64,000 nt of DNA from NCBI GenBank assembly GCA_963740085.1, contig CAVUCU010000003.1, forward strand, positions 180,696 through 244,695, written 5' to 3'. Both the position numbers and the translations under genes were made by a program. Below, in pieces: positions 42,107-55,440 of this stretch (position 1 is its first letter; each line of letters begins with the position of its first letter). Source of the DNA: Nitrospirota bacterium (GTDB lineage: Bacteria > Nitrospirota > UBA9217). The notes below the pieces were generated by a model, which had not been told where the DNA came from, made no database searches, and saw only the letters and a program-made list of their open reading frames with translations.

Positions 42107-43025
42107 CTACTTCTTTCCGTTATCCACAAGCAGCTCATCGATACGTTTTGTATCTGCGCCGCGGACCGCGACACCGTTTACGATCAGATATGGGGTGCCC
42201 TGAATGCCGAGCTTCCGGGCCAGGGATTTATTATCATTAAGGACGGCCGCAACCTTTTCATCAGAACACGGCTTCAGCTCTTCGGTATCGAGGGAACCTC
42301 CCATGGCCTCCAGGAAGGCTTTCGTTTTGTCCTTCGAACACATGATGATCTTCGATTTGTCCATCGACTTCGGATGAAGCTGTTCGAGCGGGAGAAGATA
42401 GACGTATCTGGTGATGTCTTTCCTGTCCTTGAAATATTCCTCGATCTTGCGGCAGAACGGGCAGTCTGGATCGGTAAACATGATTACCGTGTTTTTACCC
42501 TTGCCGATTTTGATGGCCTTATCGAGCGGGAGTTCCTTCAATGCGGCCTGGGCAGATGGCTTTATCTCGCGATTCGACGGTCAGGTTCTTACCCTCTTTG
42601 GTGTACATTTCACCGATCAGCCTGGTGCCGCTTTTGGGATCGTAATAGATCACATTCTGACCGGATACGACCTCATAAAGCCCATCAATGCCGGACTTGG
42701 TACCTGGCCTGATCAAGTTGAATCTCTTTGAAGACCCATGCCATCAATCATACTGCGCTTTTCATCGGTCTGGTTTTTCCAGTCCTTGCTGAACATCTCT
42801 CCGAACAGAACCACGCCGTTTTTCGGGCTGTAGTAGAGCACGTTCGTAGCCTGCGACGACTTCATACAACCCATCCACTTCGTCGGCTCTACACTCTTAA
42901 ACTCCAACTTCGGAAAGTCCCGTTTGAGTGATTCGGCAACCGGGGAATGCGTTCCCCTCTGCAAAGACACTCATGCACAGAACGATCCCGAAAACAACAA
43001 ACAACAAACCAGATACGATACAATG
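42107..43025 (-). CDS. dsbC: DsbC-family disulfide isomerase with duplicated N-terminal domain, frameshifted
   Basis: FTDPDCPFC and GTP; two GLYEVV...YY.PK.G....GEM repeats upstream. Confidence 0.85.
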
Positions 43026-43031
43026 TTTTTT

Positions 43032-43836
43032 TCACGTCTTTACTCTCCTTTCTGTTTCAGGCAGCAGATCTTCTGCCCGTCGGTTTTTGCTTTTGTCTTC
43101 GGAAACATAACAGCACTTTCCTTCTCCGATAACCACGGACGGTTTAATGCCGTTATCTTCGAGATACGCTGCTACCGCCCTGGCGCGAAGCAAGGCCAGC
43201 CTGTCGTTATATTCCCTGGTCCCTCTGTCGCAGGTAAAACCCTTGACCGTGACTGCCTTCACCTTCTTCAAATCATTAAGAGACGCCAGTATTTTCAACT
43301 TTTCCCTATCCGTAAGCACTGCGCTGTCAAAGTCGAAGTAGACGGGAGGTATCTGGCATGAAGCACCGGTAAGTTCATGTTCCCCGTCTTTGATTCGGGT
43401 TGATGATCCATTCTCTGGATCGGGATTATTGATCTTTGCGGTTCCCCTGGACGGCTCCTGCTGAAAAGACACCGCAGATTGCCTTAGCGCCGGTGTCGGC
43501 TTCGGCGTTGTTACGGGCGTTTGTGTCAAAGAGCTCGTTCCAGCCGACACGACTCGTTCCTTACCCCATAAAACGGACAGTGGAACGTCTCCAAGCTCCC
43601 TCTCCAGTCTCGTTGACCGCCCGCATTCTTCGCATATCACCTGGACCTCGCTCCCGGCGGTTCCGCGAACAACCTGGTTGTAGTCGTAAGCATAATCTCT
43701 CACGCCCATCCCGATCCGATGACGGCTTATAGTCCGAAACATGAGACGCTGTATCAACTGACATTCTTGCGGCGCACGAAGTTATCAGGATGCCGGGCAA
43801 AATAACCCGGTAAAAAAGAGATGTTTTCCTCATCAT
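43032..43836 (-). CDS. OmpA/Pal-domain lipoprotein, frameshifted
   Basis: Lipobox ITSC; VYFDFDSA, GFTCDRG...YNDRLALLRA, NRRAE. Confidence 0.82.
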
Positions 43837-44315
43837 GAATTTCCCTTTTGCCCTGCGTAGAGCAGCTCCAGCGCTGCAATGAGCACCGCATTGGCGTCAT
43901 TATGACTTCGGGGCGGCAAAGTCTGCCTCGCCCTCTCCAGGAGCAGGACCCGTTCAGGGCCGCTCAGGGAATCGAAGCATTTTTGCATGGCGGCCATGAT
44001 GGCGAACCTGCCCTCCTCCCGGCGCTTGTCTCCAAGTGGGTAATTCGTAGCGTCCATCAATGCGAGATACACTTCATCGATGATTATGCCGAGGTTCACG
44101 TCGAGGAGAACTGCCTTTTCCCGGATTCTGTGGATATCGGGGTCCGTTTTAAAGCATTCGAGTCTTATGTCTGTAATCTGGTTTATTGATGAAACCAATC
44201 TTTGAAGTGCCATATTATCCATGCTTATCTCCCTTTCTTTTTTCTGGTAATAATCGTCCTGCACGATAATTATTTGCTGTATTTCATAAAGTCTTTCTTC
44301 CGTCGGTTTAATCAA
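43833..44315 (-). CDS. Hypothetical protein
   Basis: 160-aa ORF overlapping the next gene (ATGA); start uncertain, possibly 44222. Confidence 0.55.
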   Translation of the reverse strand: MIKPTEERLYEIQQIIIVQDDYYQKKEREISMDNMALQRLVSSINQITDIRLECFKTDPDIHRIREKAVLLDVNLGIIIDEVYLALMDATNYPLGDKRREEGRFAIMAAMQKCFDSLSGPERVLLLERARQTLPPRSHNDANAVLIAALELLYAGQKGNS

Positions 44316-44368
44316 CGCGTTTCAAATAGTCCCGTACTACATTCCCATTCGAGGAAATTGTCTTATTC

Positions 44369-44803
44369 TCACGGCTTACTGTCCTCATTTTGCCGGACAG
44401 GGGTGGCTCCGGGATTCAGACGGCCATTCCTGCCGGCGCTGTTCACCTTTTTAACCTGCCCGATAGTAAAATCACTGAACTGCTCGATGAAATCAATAAC
44501 GCCCAGCCGTTCAGCTACACGGAGCTTGTTTAGGATCGCACGTTCGCGTGACCTCGTTACAAACAGCGTCTTTTCATCAATATAGAACATATATGGCTTG
44601 ACATTGAATACTTCGCATAAATTGATCAGCACGTTTTTTCCGATCCCCTTTTTCCCGATTTCCCATCTTTGAAGCAGCCTGGCACTTACCCCTATTCGTT
44701 CAGCCAGATGATCCTGCGTGAAGTCGGCAGCAAGGCGCAACTTCCTCAGGTTTGATCCCATCAGCTTATTTATTTCTTTGTTCTTCATTGTCGGGTGACA
44801 CAA
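44369..44803 (-). CDS. XRE-family HTH regulator
   Basis: LRKLRLAADFTQDHLAERIGVSARLLQRWEIG. Confidence 0.85.
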   Translation of the reverse strand: MCHPTMKNKEINKLMGSNLRKLRLAADFTQDHLAERIGVSARLLQRWEIGKKGIGKNVLINLCEVFNVKPYMFYIDEKTLFVTRSRERAILNKLRVAERLGVIDFIEQFSDFTIGQVKKVNSAGRNGRLNPGATPVRQNEDSKP

Positions 44804-45771
44804 TAATAAATCTCGTGCCTTTTGTCCACGTGCCCAAAATGGGGGAGGTAAACTGGCAATATTTGCGAAAATACACGTCCCATTTTGGGGGAGGTGCGTA
44901 TATTCATAGCGATTATGCTAATCACGGCCCAGCATCCGAGGCATGGCATTTATCCTCCTTTATGTGAAGGATTAACAGGAAACGAGATTCGGATTTATTG
45001 ATTTAGCTCGCGCCTGACATGAAATAATGTGCGGAAGTAAACTGCTTCACATCCGTGATATTTTTAGACAAGATTGGTGCTTCTGAACTGTACAAGGAGT
45101 TAAACGCCGTGCGGTTTGCCGCTTGACTGAGATGGTGATTTCTATCGACGAGTCTGCGGCGGGTTGTACCCCGAACACCTGGGGTAGACTATCCATGCGG
45201 GATTTACTTACGAACAGGAATTGAGCCAAAAAGATATAACTCTCATCGCAGAAAGCGGATTGCTGTTCGTGATCTCAGATACCTCTGTTACGATGAATAA
45301 TCTTTTCTTCGGTTGAGTCGTTGTACGCAGGATATTTCTCATGTCTTTCAACATTCTATCTGCATCTTTTTGCCTTAAATACTGTTGCCATATTACTTTC
45401 TTATTTTCCTTTTGTTACTGTTATTTGTATATCTTCTCCTGGATATAGCCCAAATAATCATCGGTCGTGCCCTATTTGAAATGAAAACCAGTCTCAAACA
45501 GATCGTCTACTGAATATCTGCCTAATTTTCGTGTTAGTGAGAAGTCGCCCTTCGCGCAACGCGAGCGATCAAAAATAACACACGTGTTTTATAATGTCAA
45601 GTTTAAAACTATATATGTTTTATACATTTTAATTTGTACATTATTGTGTATTTTTGCTTGAAATAAGCATAATCTTCTGATATATTTTAAAAAGTTCGCA
45701 TGAAAACAACGGAATCGATCATCAGTTAATGTCTTTTAACCAGTGTACTGAAGATCTTCAAGGAGAATACT

Positions 45772-46167
45772 TTGGATCCGGTAGCATTAGGTAAACGATT
45801 AAAGCAGAAGCGCAAAACCGTATTCAAGACCAGTATGGCTGACCTCGGTAAGCCGTTTGGTTTGACCAAAGGTCATCTGAGCTTTATAGAACGGGGTAAA
45901 ATTGATGATCCGAATCTGGATACGTTGATAAAAATTGCGAATGCTTACAAGGTAGGCTTAAAGGAATTGACCGATGTATTTCTAAAGGACGGCAAAAAAG
46001 CGGAAGAGTACGTCAAAGTGCATGCAATTTTGAAACAGATAGCGGCCGATGAAAAACATAAATTAGGGAAGCTTGTCAACCAGGCACTTGAGGAAAAGAT
46101 GGGTGAGAAAACGAAGTTACTGATCGTCAGGTTATATGAGAAAATTTACAAGAAAAAACTTCTCTGA
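45772..46167 (+). CDS. XRE-family HTH regulator, divergent from the tra genes
   Basis: SD AAGGAG; GLTKGHLSFIERGKIDDPNLDTLIKIA. Confidence 0.85.
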   Translation: MDPVALGKRLKQKRKTVFKTSMADLGKPFGLTKGHLSFIERGKIDDPNLDTLIKIANAYKVGLKELTDVFLKDGKKAEEYVKVHAILKQIAADEKHKLGKLVNQALEEKMGEKTKLLIVRLYEKIYKKKLL

Positions 46168-46269
46168 GTGACTTCTCGCATCTCTATCTCATGTGAACCG
46201 ATAGAGTTTTTCGAAAGTGTACTCCGATAGACTACTTCAAATAATCATAACGTAATACAAATAATCACG

Positions 46270-46640
46270 AAGATACACTCTCAAATTGCGTGATCCTTTC
46301 CAATATTTCATTTGGAGAAAAGGGTTTTATGCAATAATCATCCGCACCGGCATGCATGGCCTCTTTCCTGTCCTCTAATGGTGTGCTTCGCAGACAGAAC
46401 CATAATATGAATATATTTTAGTACTGGATTGGATTTGATGTAGCTGCACACCTCTAAACCATTCATTTGCGGCATCATAAGATCAAGAATTACCATGTCT
46501 GGCTTGAATTCCTTAACTATCTTAATTGCATCGACGCCATTAGATGCAATCTTGAATTCATATCCATGAAACTGAAGAATGACAACCAGAGATTCAACGA
46601 ACAGCTCATTGTCATCAACCAACAATATCTTCATAGCCAC
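46270..46640 (-). CDS. Single-domain response regulator receiver, C-terminal frameshift; end approximate
   Basis: ILLVDD, ILDLMMPQMNG, VLSA; KPF in another frame. Confidence 0.85.
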
Positions 46641-46879
46641 CTCCGTACTATGTTCGAGTCCCCTTCCCTTTCATAATTTTCGATATTCCAAAAGATCAAA
46701 CTTGTAAGTTAAGTATACCACACTTATTATTGTAATGTCAATTTTAATTGGTCTATACAACTCCCGTTGTTAGACAATAATATTTTTTACCTTCCGTTGT
46801 CGGGGCGAACTGGTATTAAACTCTGCTCTCCGCAAGCATGTCATGTCCAGTGGATAAGCATACCCCGGCATGAACTTAA

Positions 46880-47126
46880 CCGGGTGTATCTTATTTTTAA
46901 CGAAAATGAAAGAGACATCATCGTCAGCCCCACTGTGAAGGCCGGGAATGGCGACTACGTTGTTGCGAAGAACGACGAGGAAGAGGCAACGTTTAAGCAG
47001 TACAAGAGGTTCGACAACACCGCAGTCCTCCACCCGCTTAATCCCAAATATCAGGATATCGTCTTGAATAAAGACATCGAGTATCAAATTGTCGGGGTGG
47101 TGATGGAGAAGAAGCGGTATAAATAG
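46880..47126 (+). pseudogene. C-terminal S24 (LexA/CI-like) peptidase fragment
   Basis: GDYVVAKNDEEEATFKQY...LHPLNPKY...IVGVV; no HTH or catalytic-Ser region seen. Confidence 0.75.
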
Positions 47127-47143
47127 CGGTTTAGATGCAGCGG

Positions 47144-47619
47144 TTATAGTTTCAATCCTTCCGCTCTAATCATCGCCAGAAAATTGATATGCGGTATATT
47201 TAAAGCATCACAGATGTCCGGTATCTTATGTTTATCTGGTCCACCACTGTACTTTTCCTCTGTCACGACAATTGCTCCTGGATGAATCTTTGCTAATCCT
47301 ATAACGAACGGGACCGCGCCCGACTTGTTCTTCTTGAAGTCGAGAATTTTCACAAATTGATTAACAATACCTTTCGCCGCATCCTGCACGTCCTCAGTTA
47401 GCGGCACAAATATTCCTTTCTTTGTCTTTGCCCATTTTGCAAGCTGATCATCTTACGCGTTATTTCGTGCAGAACTTCGTCAACGGAAATCGATCGTTCG
47501 GCTTCAATCAGTTCTATTACCTTATCCCAGACGCCGGAAAAGACGTCGCGCGGATACGTCTTGTGCATCGTGGTAAACGAGCATGTATCCACAACATATA
47601 TTTTCTTCAGCTTTGCCAT
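47144..47619 (-). CDS. DUF4411-like PIN-domain protein, frameshifted
   Basis: YVVDTCSF...YPRDVF..VW...EVLHEI and VVTEE...KIPDIC. Confidence 0.82.
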
Positions 47620-48779
47620 TAATCACCAGTCGACAGAACAGCACCGACCTTTGGAATTTGTTTTAGCTTGAGGCCTGAGTAGTCGGAAAAGTCGTTTTCC
47701 GTTATATGGCCACGCGACAGGTTATCAAGAAGCAGCCGAGAAATCGGCTTACCAGTCTTACTGACAAAATCCTGATGCGGAGGAACGAACCCTTTCTTGC
47801 CGGTCTTCTTGTATGATTTTCTAATAAGCTCAAGCAGTACGTTTAGTTGCCGCTGATCAATGATCCCTAGCCGATACAGCCTAACCGAGATCGACTCTCT
47901 GGACACACCAAACACTGTTGACAGCGCATTCAGACGCGACAAGCTGAAGTCGCGAGATGAGCCCAACTCAGCCCGAAGTTCAGCTGGAGGGACAAGAGCA
48001 GCACCGGCAGATTCATTACAAAGTCTTTCTATCTTCTCATCCGGTCCATACCCGATTTCGGTTCCCGATATATTGGATACGCTTGATTCCCCGAGCAATA
48101 GATGGATGAACTCATGAATTAGGGTAAACAATCTGGCAGCATAGCTGTCTTTTCTGTTAATGCCGATGATGGGAAGATGTTTATCATAAATTGAAAATCC
48201 TCTGAAATCAGTTAGCGATATTCTCGGATATTGAAATACAAGGATATCCAGACCTTCTATCTTTTCCTTAAGCGTATTGAAGGCTATACGCGGATCTTTC
48301 CACGTCCGCTGTTCATCCCAGTCAATTGCGAGAATCCGCCTAATTTCTATCGAAATATTATCAACGGTGGTATTGGTTGAATAATGAAGTGAAAATGGCT
48401 GTATGGATTTCTTCACATTCTCAGCCAATTCAAAAGCCAGTCCGCGGCGGTTAATCGCCTCTCGAATTGCCATCGTGATATTATAAGAAAGACCTTTTGA
48501 TGCTGTTCCGGGGAGTCTTCTGAAAATCGCGGATTTTGGGGATTTTGATATCTGTGGGGGGAGTATTCAACCAAAGCGAAATGAGAGGTACACGATAGAG
48601 CAACGCAAGATTCCTAGCCTGGGTCACAGAGGGCAAATCATTACCTTCCTCCCAAGCTTGCAACTTGGTATCCAAAACCTTCGCCTTGCTGGCCGGCATC
48701 TTCAAGCGACAGGTTGCAAAGATTCCGCGCCCAGATAAGAACTTGCGGCGTTATTTTCAGCTTTTATCTGCTTTGGCAT
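47619..48779 (-). CDS. HTH-XRE + ImmA/IrrE metallopeptidase fusion, frameshifted
   Basis: LQAWEEG..LPSVTQARNLA, then RGFSI, RLFTLIHEFIHL and ERLCN. Confidence 0.88.
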
Positions 48780-48801
48780 GTTTCCCGTAATCTTTTCATC
48801 T

Positions 48802-49548
48802 CTAGTACAACCTTACGTTCTCACTTGTTGTTGGTATTCCCAGCCTGGCTGCCAGAAGAACCTTGAGTTTGCTGACCCGTTTGCGCTGGCTGCGAAAAAC
48901 TGGCTGCATGGCCGGAACAGGTGCGCCTTTTTTTCCAGGAGCAGTCTCAATCTTTTGCATCGATGGAACAGGTGCCCCACCCTGTATATGCTGAAATGAT
49001 GAATCCTGTTTTTCCGGCACACCCGTAAGGCGCTGGAGACTCGGCACCGGCGCACCTTCGTTTAACGGCTGTTTCGTTTCTTTAGACATAGCCAGTCCTC
49101 CTTTAATATTCACAGAGACAAAAAGCACACTCGCGATGATTCCTGCAATGAAGAATGCACCTGATGCGTAATTAATGTAGTCAGTCAATGTAGCAGGATC
49201 ATTCTTCTCTCGCAAATATTTCTCGTCGCCGTCTAGATAATATTTTTCTGCATATTCCAACTGGCGCTTAATGGCATGCTGACTGACGACAAAGGATACC
49301 AAAGTGGAAACAATTGCAGCACCGAATAGCCACCATGATATCTTTATTAACAGGATATATTCCGCCCTATCAAGCGGCACAATATCTTTTATGAATGCCA
49401 GTGATGCACCCAGAATCCCTGTAGATAGGGTAAGAATCGCATTATCATATTTTTCCGCATTGGATAAGTTACGAGCAAGAAGGTCCTGCCTTGTACTTGC
49501 GTATATCCTATTTCTCTCTTCTTTTTCTTTTAATTCATCTGGTGTCAT
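48802..49548 (-). CDS. 3-TM membrane protein with C-terminal GAPVPxxQ repeats
   Basis: YDNAILTLSTGILGASLAF TM domain; three repeats after an internal SD+ATG at 49089. Confidence 0.75.
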   Translation of the reverse strand: MTPDELKEKEERNRIYASTRQDLLARNLSNAEKYDNAILTLSTGILGASLAFIKDIVPLDRAEYILLIKISWWLFGAAIVSTLVSFVVSQHAIKRQLEYAEKYYLDGDEKYLREKNDPATLTDYINYASGAFFIAGIIASVLFVSVNIKGGLAMSKETKQPLNEGAPVPSLQRLTGVPEKQDSSFQHIQGGAPVPSMQKIETAPGKKGAPVPAMQPVFRSQRKRVSKLKVLLAARLGIPTTSENVRLY

Positions 49549-49562
49549 ATCCGGCTGCCTGG

Positions 49563-49847
49563 CTATTTCTTTGCAGTTCTGACTTGACGTACAGCTTCAC
49601 AATAGCGTTCCCAGGTTTTACTCCTTACATCATCTTCTGCCGTTGTGATTAAATCCGCGAGCGGATCATAGCCCATGCTGTGTTTAAATCCCATTCTTGT
49701 GAGAAAATCAACGCTATAAGAATAACCATTTGCTGGTTTGCCTTCAACATAGGCCTGCACAACCTTTCGATCAGCTTCTGTTATAACGTATATTTCGTAA
49801 TGTCTGCCCTCAAAATCAAAGGTCTTCACAATCTCTGCGTGTACCAT
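49563..49847 (-). CDS. Hypothetical protein (94 aa)
   Basis: SD GAAAGGA, starts MVHAEIVK; low GC. Confidence 0.65.
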   Translation of the reverse strand: MVHAEIVKTFDFEGRHYEIYVITEADRKVVQAYVEGKPANGYSYSVDFLTRMGFKHSMGYDPLADLITTAEDDVRSKTWERYCEAVRQVRTAKK

Positions 49848-49894
49848 GTTGTTCCTTTCACATTGCATGTAGATATGAGGTTCATGCCGCCCGT

Positions 49895-52426
<2,532 letters not shown>

Positions 52427-52434
<8 letters not shown>

Positions 52435-54068
52435 CGTCGTCCGCTGACGTCCATCGGGCGGATCGACGCTTCTCGATGAACGCGATCTCGTCCGTCAGTG
52501 ATGCCGTACTTCGCGTAGAGCTCCTCGTCCGTCCACTCCTCGATCCATCTGGCAGTCGGCACGAAGGTGTAGACGCTCGCGCGTGGCGTGCTGCGATGGC
52601 TTGTCGCAGCGAGACCAGGAAGCGCGACAAACCGACGTGCGCAGGTACGCGACGAGACGTTCGTCGCCTCGCTCTCGGAGTCGAACGGGCCGATGCACGA
52701 GATAGGTCTCGGTGACATGCGGTGCCGGGCTCGCCGATGAATGGCTTGCTGAGGATCTTGTGCGGGTACGTGTCGTCTGTCGCCCGTGCCCGGAGCCGCT
52801 CGGCCGATGAACACCTTCCACTTGTCGATCCAGGTCGGCGTTCGTCGTGATATCGCATCTGCGCTCGATGTAGCCCGTGCCGCCGTTCTGATAGACCAGC
52901 ACGTCACCGGCTATCCTTGGTCGCCTTGCCCTTGAAAGTCGTGTCGAAGCCCGAACGGCTTTCTGGAGCTGACCAGTCGGTCGAAACGCTTGCTTTCGGC
53001 AGCGACAGCGACTCGGCTTACCGGTCTCGACTGCAACGACCTTCTCGAGGATCGACAGCCCTTCGTTGCAGCGAACGAAGACGTCGCACCCGCTTCGAGG
53101 AGCGGACGGCTGGCTGTCGAGACGGCTCGTCCTTGAAATGCGTGGTGACACTGCACGTCGCCGTGGTTGTCGCGGTCCCAGAGGAAGTAGCAGACGCCGC
53201 CCTTGAATCTCCACGCCCGGGAAGACGTCCGATGCAGTCTGAGATAGTCGACGATTGAGCGCAGGCGATTGTCGGCGAGCATCGACTCTCGGAACTCGTC
53301 CAGTCCCTTGCCACCGGCGAACCAACGCGACGGAATGACCATCGACAGGTAGCGCGGTTCAAGCTTCTTCGCCTGCTCCACGAACATGCTGATAGATCGG
53401 CGCAGCGCTCGTGCCATAGCCGCCATCGTCCAACTGGTACGGCGGGTTGCCGATGATCACGTCGAACTGCATATCGCCTCCAAACAACTCGGCCACCCGA
53501 GTCTTGATGTCGTCGGTGTGGATGAACGCATAGGCGTGGGTTTCAAGCCCTTCGCCGCGGTCAAGCGTCTTCTGGCTCGCGCCGCAGTACGTGCACTTGC
53601 CATCCACCCACGTGTGCTCGATGCGCTCGAACCAGATGTTGCCCGTCGTCGCTGGCGAACGACTTGGCGATGGAGTGCTTGCCCTTGGCGTGCTTCGAGC
53701 AATACACGCTCCGCCGCGCCAGCAGGCTGGTGAGATACGTGATGCCGATGCCGAACACCTGCTTGGTCAGGATGTGATCGACGCGCTCCTCGAGGTCCGG
53801 GATCTCGTCCGCCAGGCCCTTGGTGAGGCGGCTGGTGATCTCGCGCAGGAACACGCCCGACTTCGTGCACGGGTCGAGGAACCTCACCGATCTTGTCCGC
53901 CCAGATGTTCGCGCCGTCGTTGTCGGCCGCCCACGCCTCGGCCAGCGTGTCCAGCATCCGGTTCGCGAACTCGGGCGGCGTGAAGACCTCGTCGTTGGAG
54001 AGGTTCGCGATGCACGTCAGCACATCCGGGTTGCGGCCGCGCAGCGCAAAGCTAGCCTGGGCGCTCAT
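52427..54068 (-). CDS. Eco57I-like N6-adenine DNA methyltransferase, heavily frameshifted
   Basis: [40 protein letters not shown]. Confidence 0.88.
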
Positions 54069-54722
54069 ACGGCCTCCTTCGGGGCGTCGCCGAGCGCGGC
54101 AGCGGCCAGCTCGCTCACCGTCATCGGCGGGTAGGTCTTGGTCGGCGTGAAGATCTCGTGCTTGCCGAGGTGGGCGAAGAGCGAGCCCTCCGCGCTGAAG
54201 GCCGACGATCTGGGTGAGGATGTCGAGGCGGAAGTCGCGCCGCTGGAACTTGCCCTTGCCCAGGTAGCCCCACTCGGCAAAGGTGATCGGCTGGTCATCG
54301 CTGGTGCGCATCGTCAGCGCGTCGCCGTGGACGAGGTTCTGCGACAGCACGTAGGAGGCAGCCCGATAGAGCTCGTCCGACTCATCGAGATTCAGGTAGT
54401 CGGCGAGGATCTCCAGCATGTTCGCGCGGCACTCGGCGATGTTGTCCGCCAGGAGCTCGATCCCGTAGATGCACATCAGAGCGAGCAGGGCGTAGTGCCG
54501 CTTCTCGAAGTCGGACTTCCCGAACTTGAGTTCGACGGCGGCGAGCTTGCGCTGCAGGATCCGGACGAGGAAGTTCCCGCTCCCGCACGCCGGCTCCAGG
54601 AAGCGGGAGTCAATGCGCTCGGTCTCGTCCTTGACCAGGTCGAGCATCGCCTCGACCATCCACGCCGGGGTGAAGACCTCCCCGTGGTCGGCGACGCGTT
54701 GTTTTGACTTGATCAGGCTCAT
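54065..54722 (-). CDS. Small N6-MTase-like SAM-binding protein, frameshifted
   Basis: HGEVFTP, FLEPACGSGNFL, IYGIEL, HGDAL; no NPPY. Confidence 0.82.
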
Positions 54723-54799
54723 GGGCAAGTGCTCTCGGCGACATGGGCAGCGAAATTCTGCGCCTTGAGACTCGAGTTCGCGCGGAAATGGTCGGTGGG

Positions 54800-54940
54800 G
54801 ACCCAGAGGAAGTTTTCAAGCAGCTCCCCCGCTTCAATGGAGAGGGCTTCGGCGAGGTTCTTGGGATCGTGGAATTGCGCCCAGTCACGCTCGTTCCGGA
54901 ATGAGATGATCTTTTTCTGGATGGATTCTAAATCAGCCAT
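54800..54940 (-). pseudogene. Truncated MazG-like nucleotide pyrophosphohydrolase
   Basis: FRNERDWAQFHDPKNLAEALSIEAGELLENFLW, then an abrupt switch to GC-rich sequence; the EELAD half is missing. Confidence 0.8.
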
Positions 54941-55041
54941 GCCCCTCCCCGACCGCATACTATCCCATAATAATTCAAAACTTTACTACAGGCAGTCAGA
55001 AATGTCCAGAAAAGAGATGTATTCCTCGACAAGGGCAAGTG

Positions 55042-55073
55042 AAAAAAAAGAGGGCGTGAAATTACGCGCCCTC
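55042..55073 (-). terminator. Intrinsic terminator after DUF2188
   Basis: GAGGGCGCG-taattt-CACGCCCTC followed by T8. Confidence 0.75.
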
Positions 55074-55087
55074 ATTGAGCCGTTCGC

Positions 55088-55318
55088 TCAGTGCTTCATG
55101 TCTTTTGGTGGGCACGGATCGTTGCCGAAGCTGTCCTTGTCCTGAATTTTGCCATCCCTGCCGTGAATGACAAGCTCGCTCTGCTGGTTCTGCGCTATCC
55201 CGCGACCAAGATCGACTGCTTGCTGTTTTGTTGGCGTCGTTGCTGTGACTTTGCTGTTACCCTCGCCACGAACCGCCCATCCATCCTCGTGTGGGACGAC
55301 GTGTTGATTTTTTCCCAT
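55088..55318 (-). CDS. DUF2188 family protein
   Basis: NQHVVP..GWAV.GEG...ELVIHGRDGKIQ..DSFGNDP; SD AAAGGAGG. Confidence 0.9.
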   Translation of the reverse strand: MGKNQHVVPHEDGWAVRGEGNSKVTATTPTKQQAVDLGRGIAQNQQSELVIHGRDGKIQDKDSFGNDPCPPKDMKH

Positions 55319-55440
55319 AGCCAGACCCTCCTTTCGTTCGGAAACAGAATGTGTTGCCTATTGGCATGCAATTGCGGTGATTAATACGCAATGAAACATG
55401 TCTATCAGGCAGCCTGACCTTTCCATGTCAGATTATTATT

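Noticed and set aside
45047-45391. Possible fragmented gene, perhaps a tra activator
   Set aside because: No stable reading frame or recognisable motif.
53457-54728. 423-aa ORF as a fused double methyltransferase
   Set aside because: Frameshift read-through; the ATGA overlap at 54065-54068 indicates two genes.
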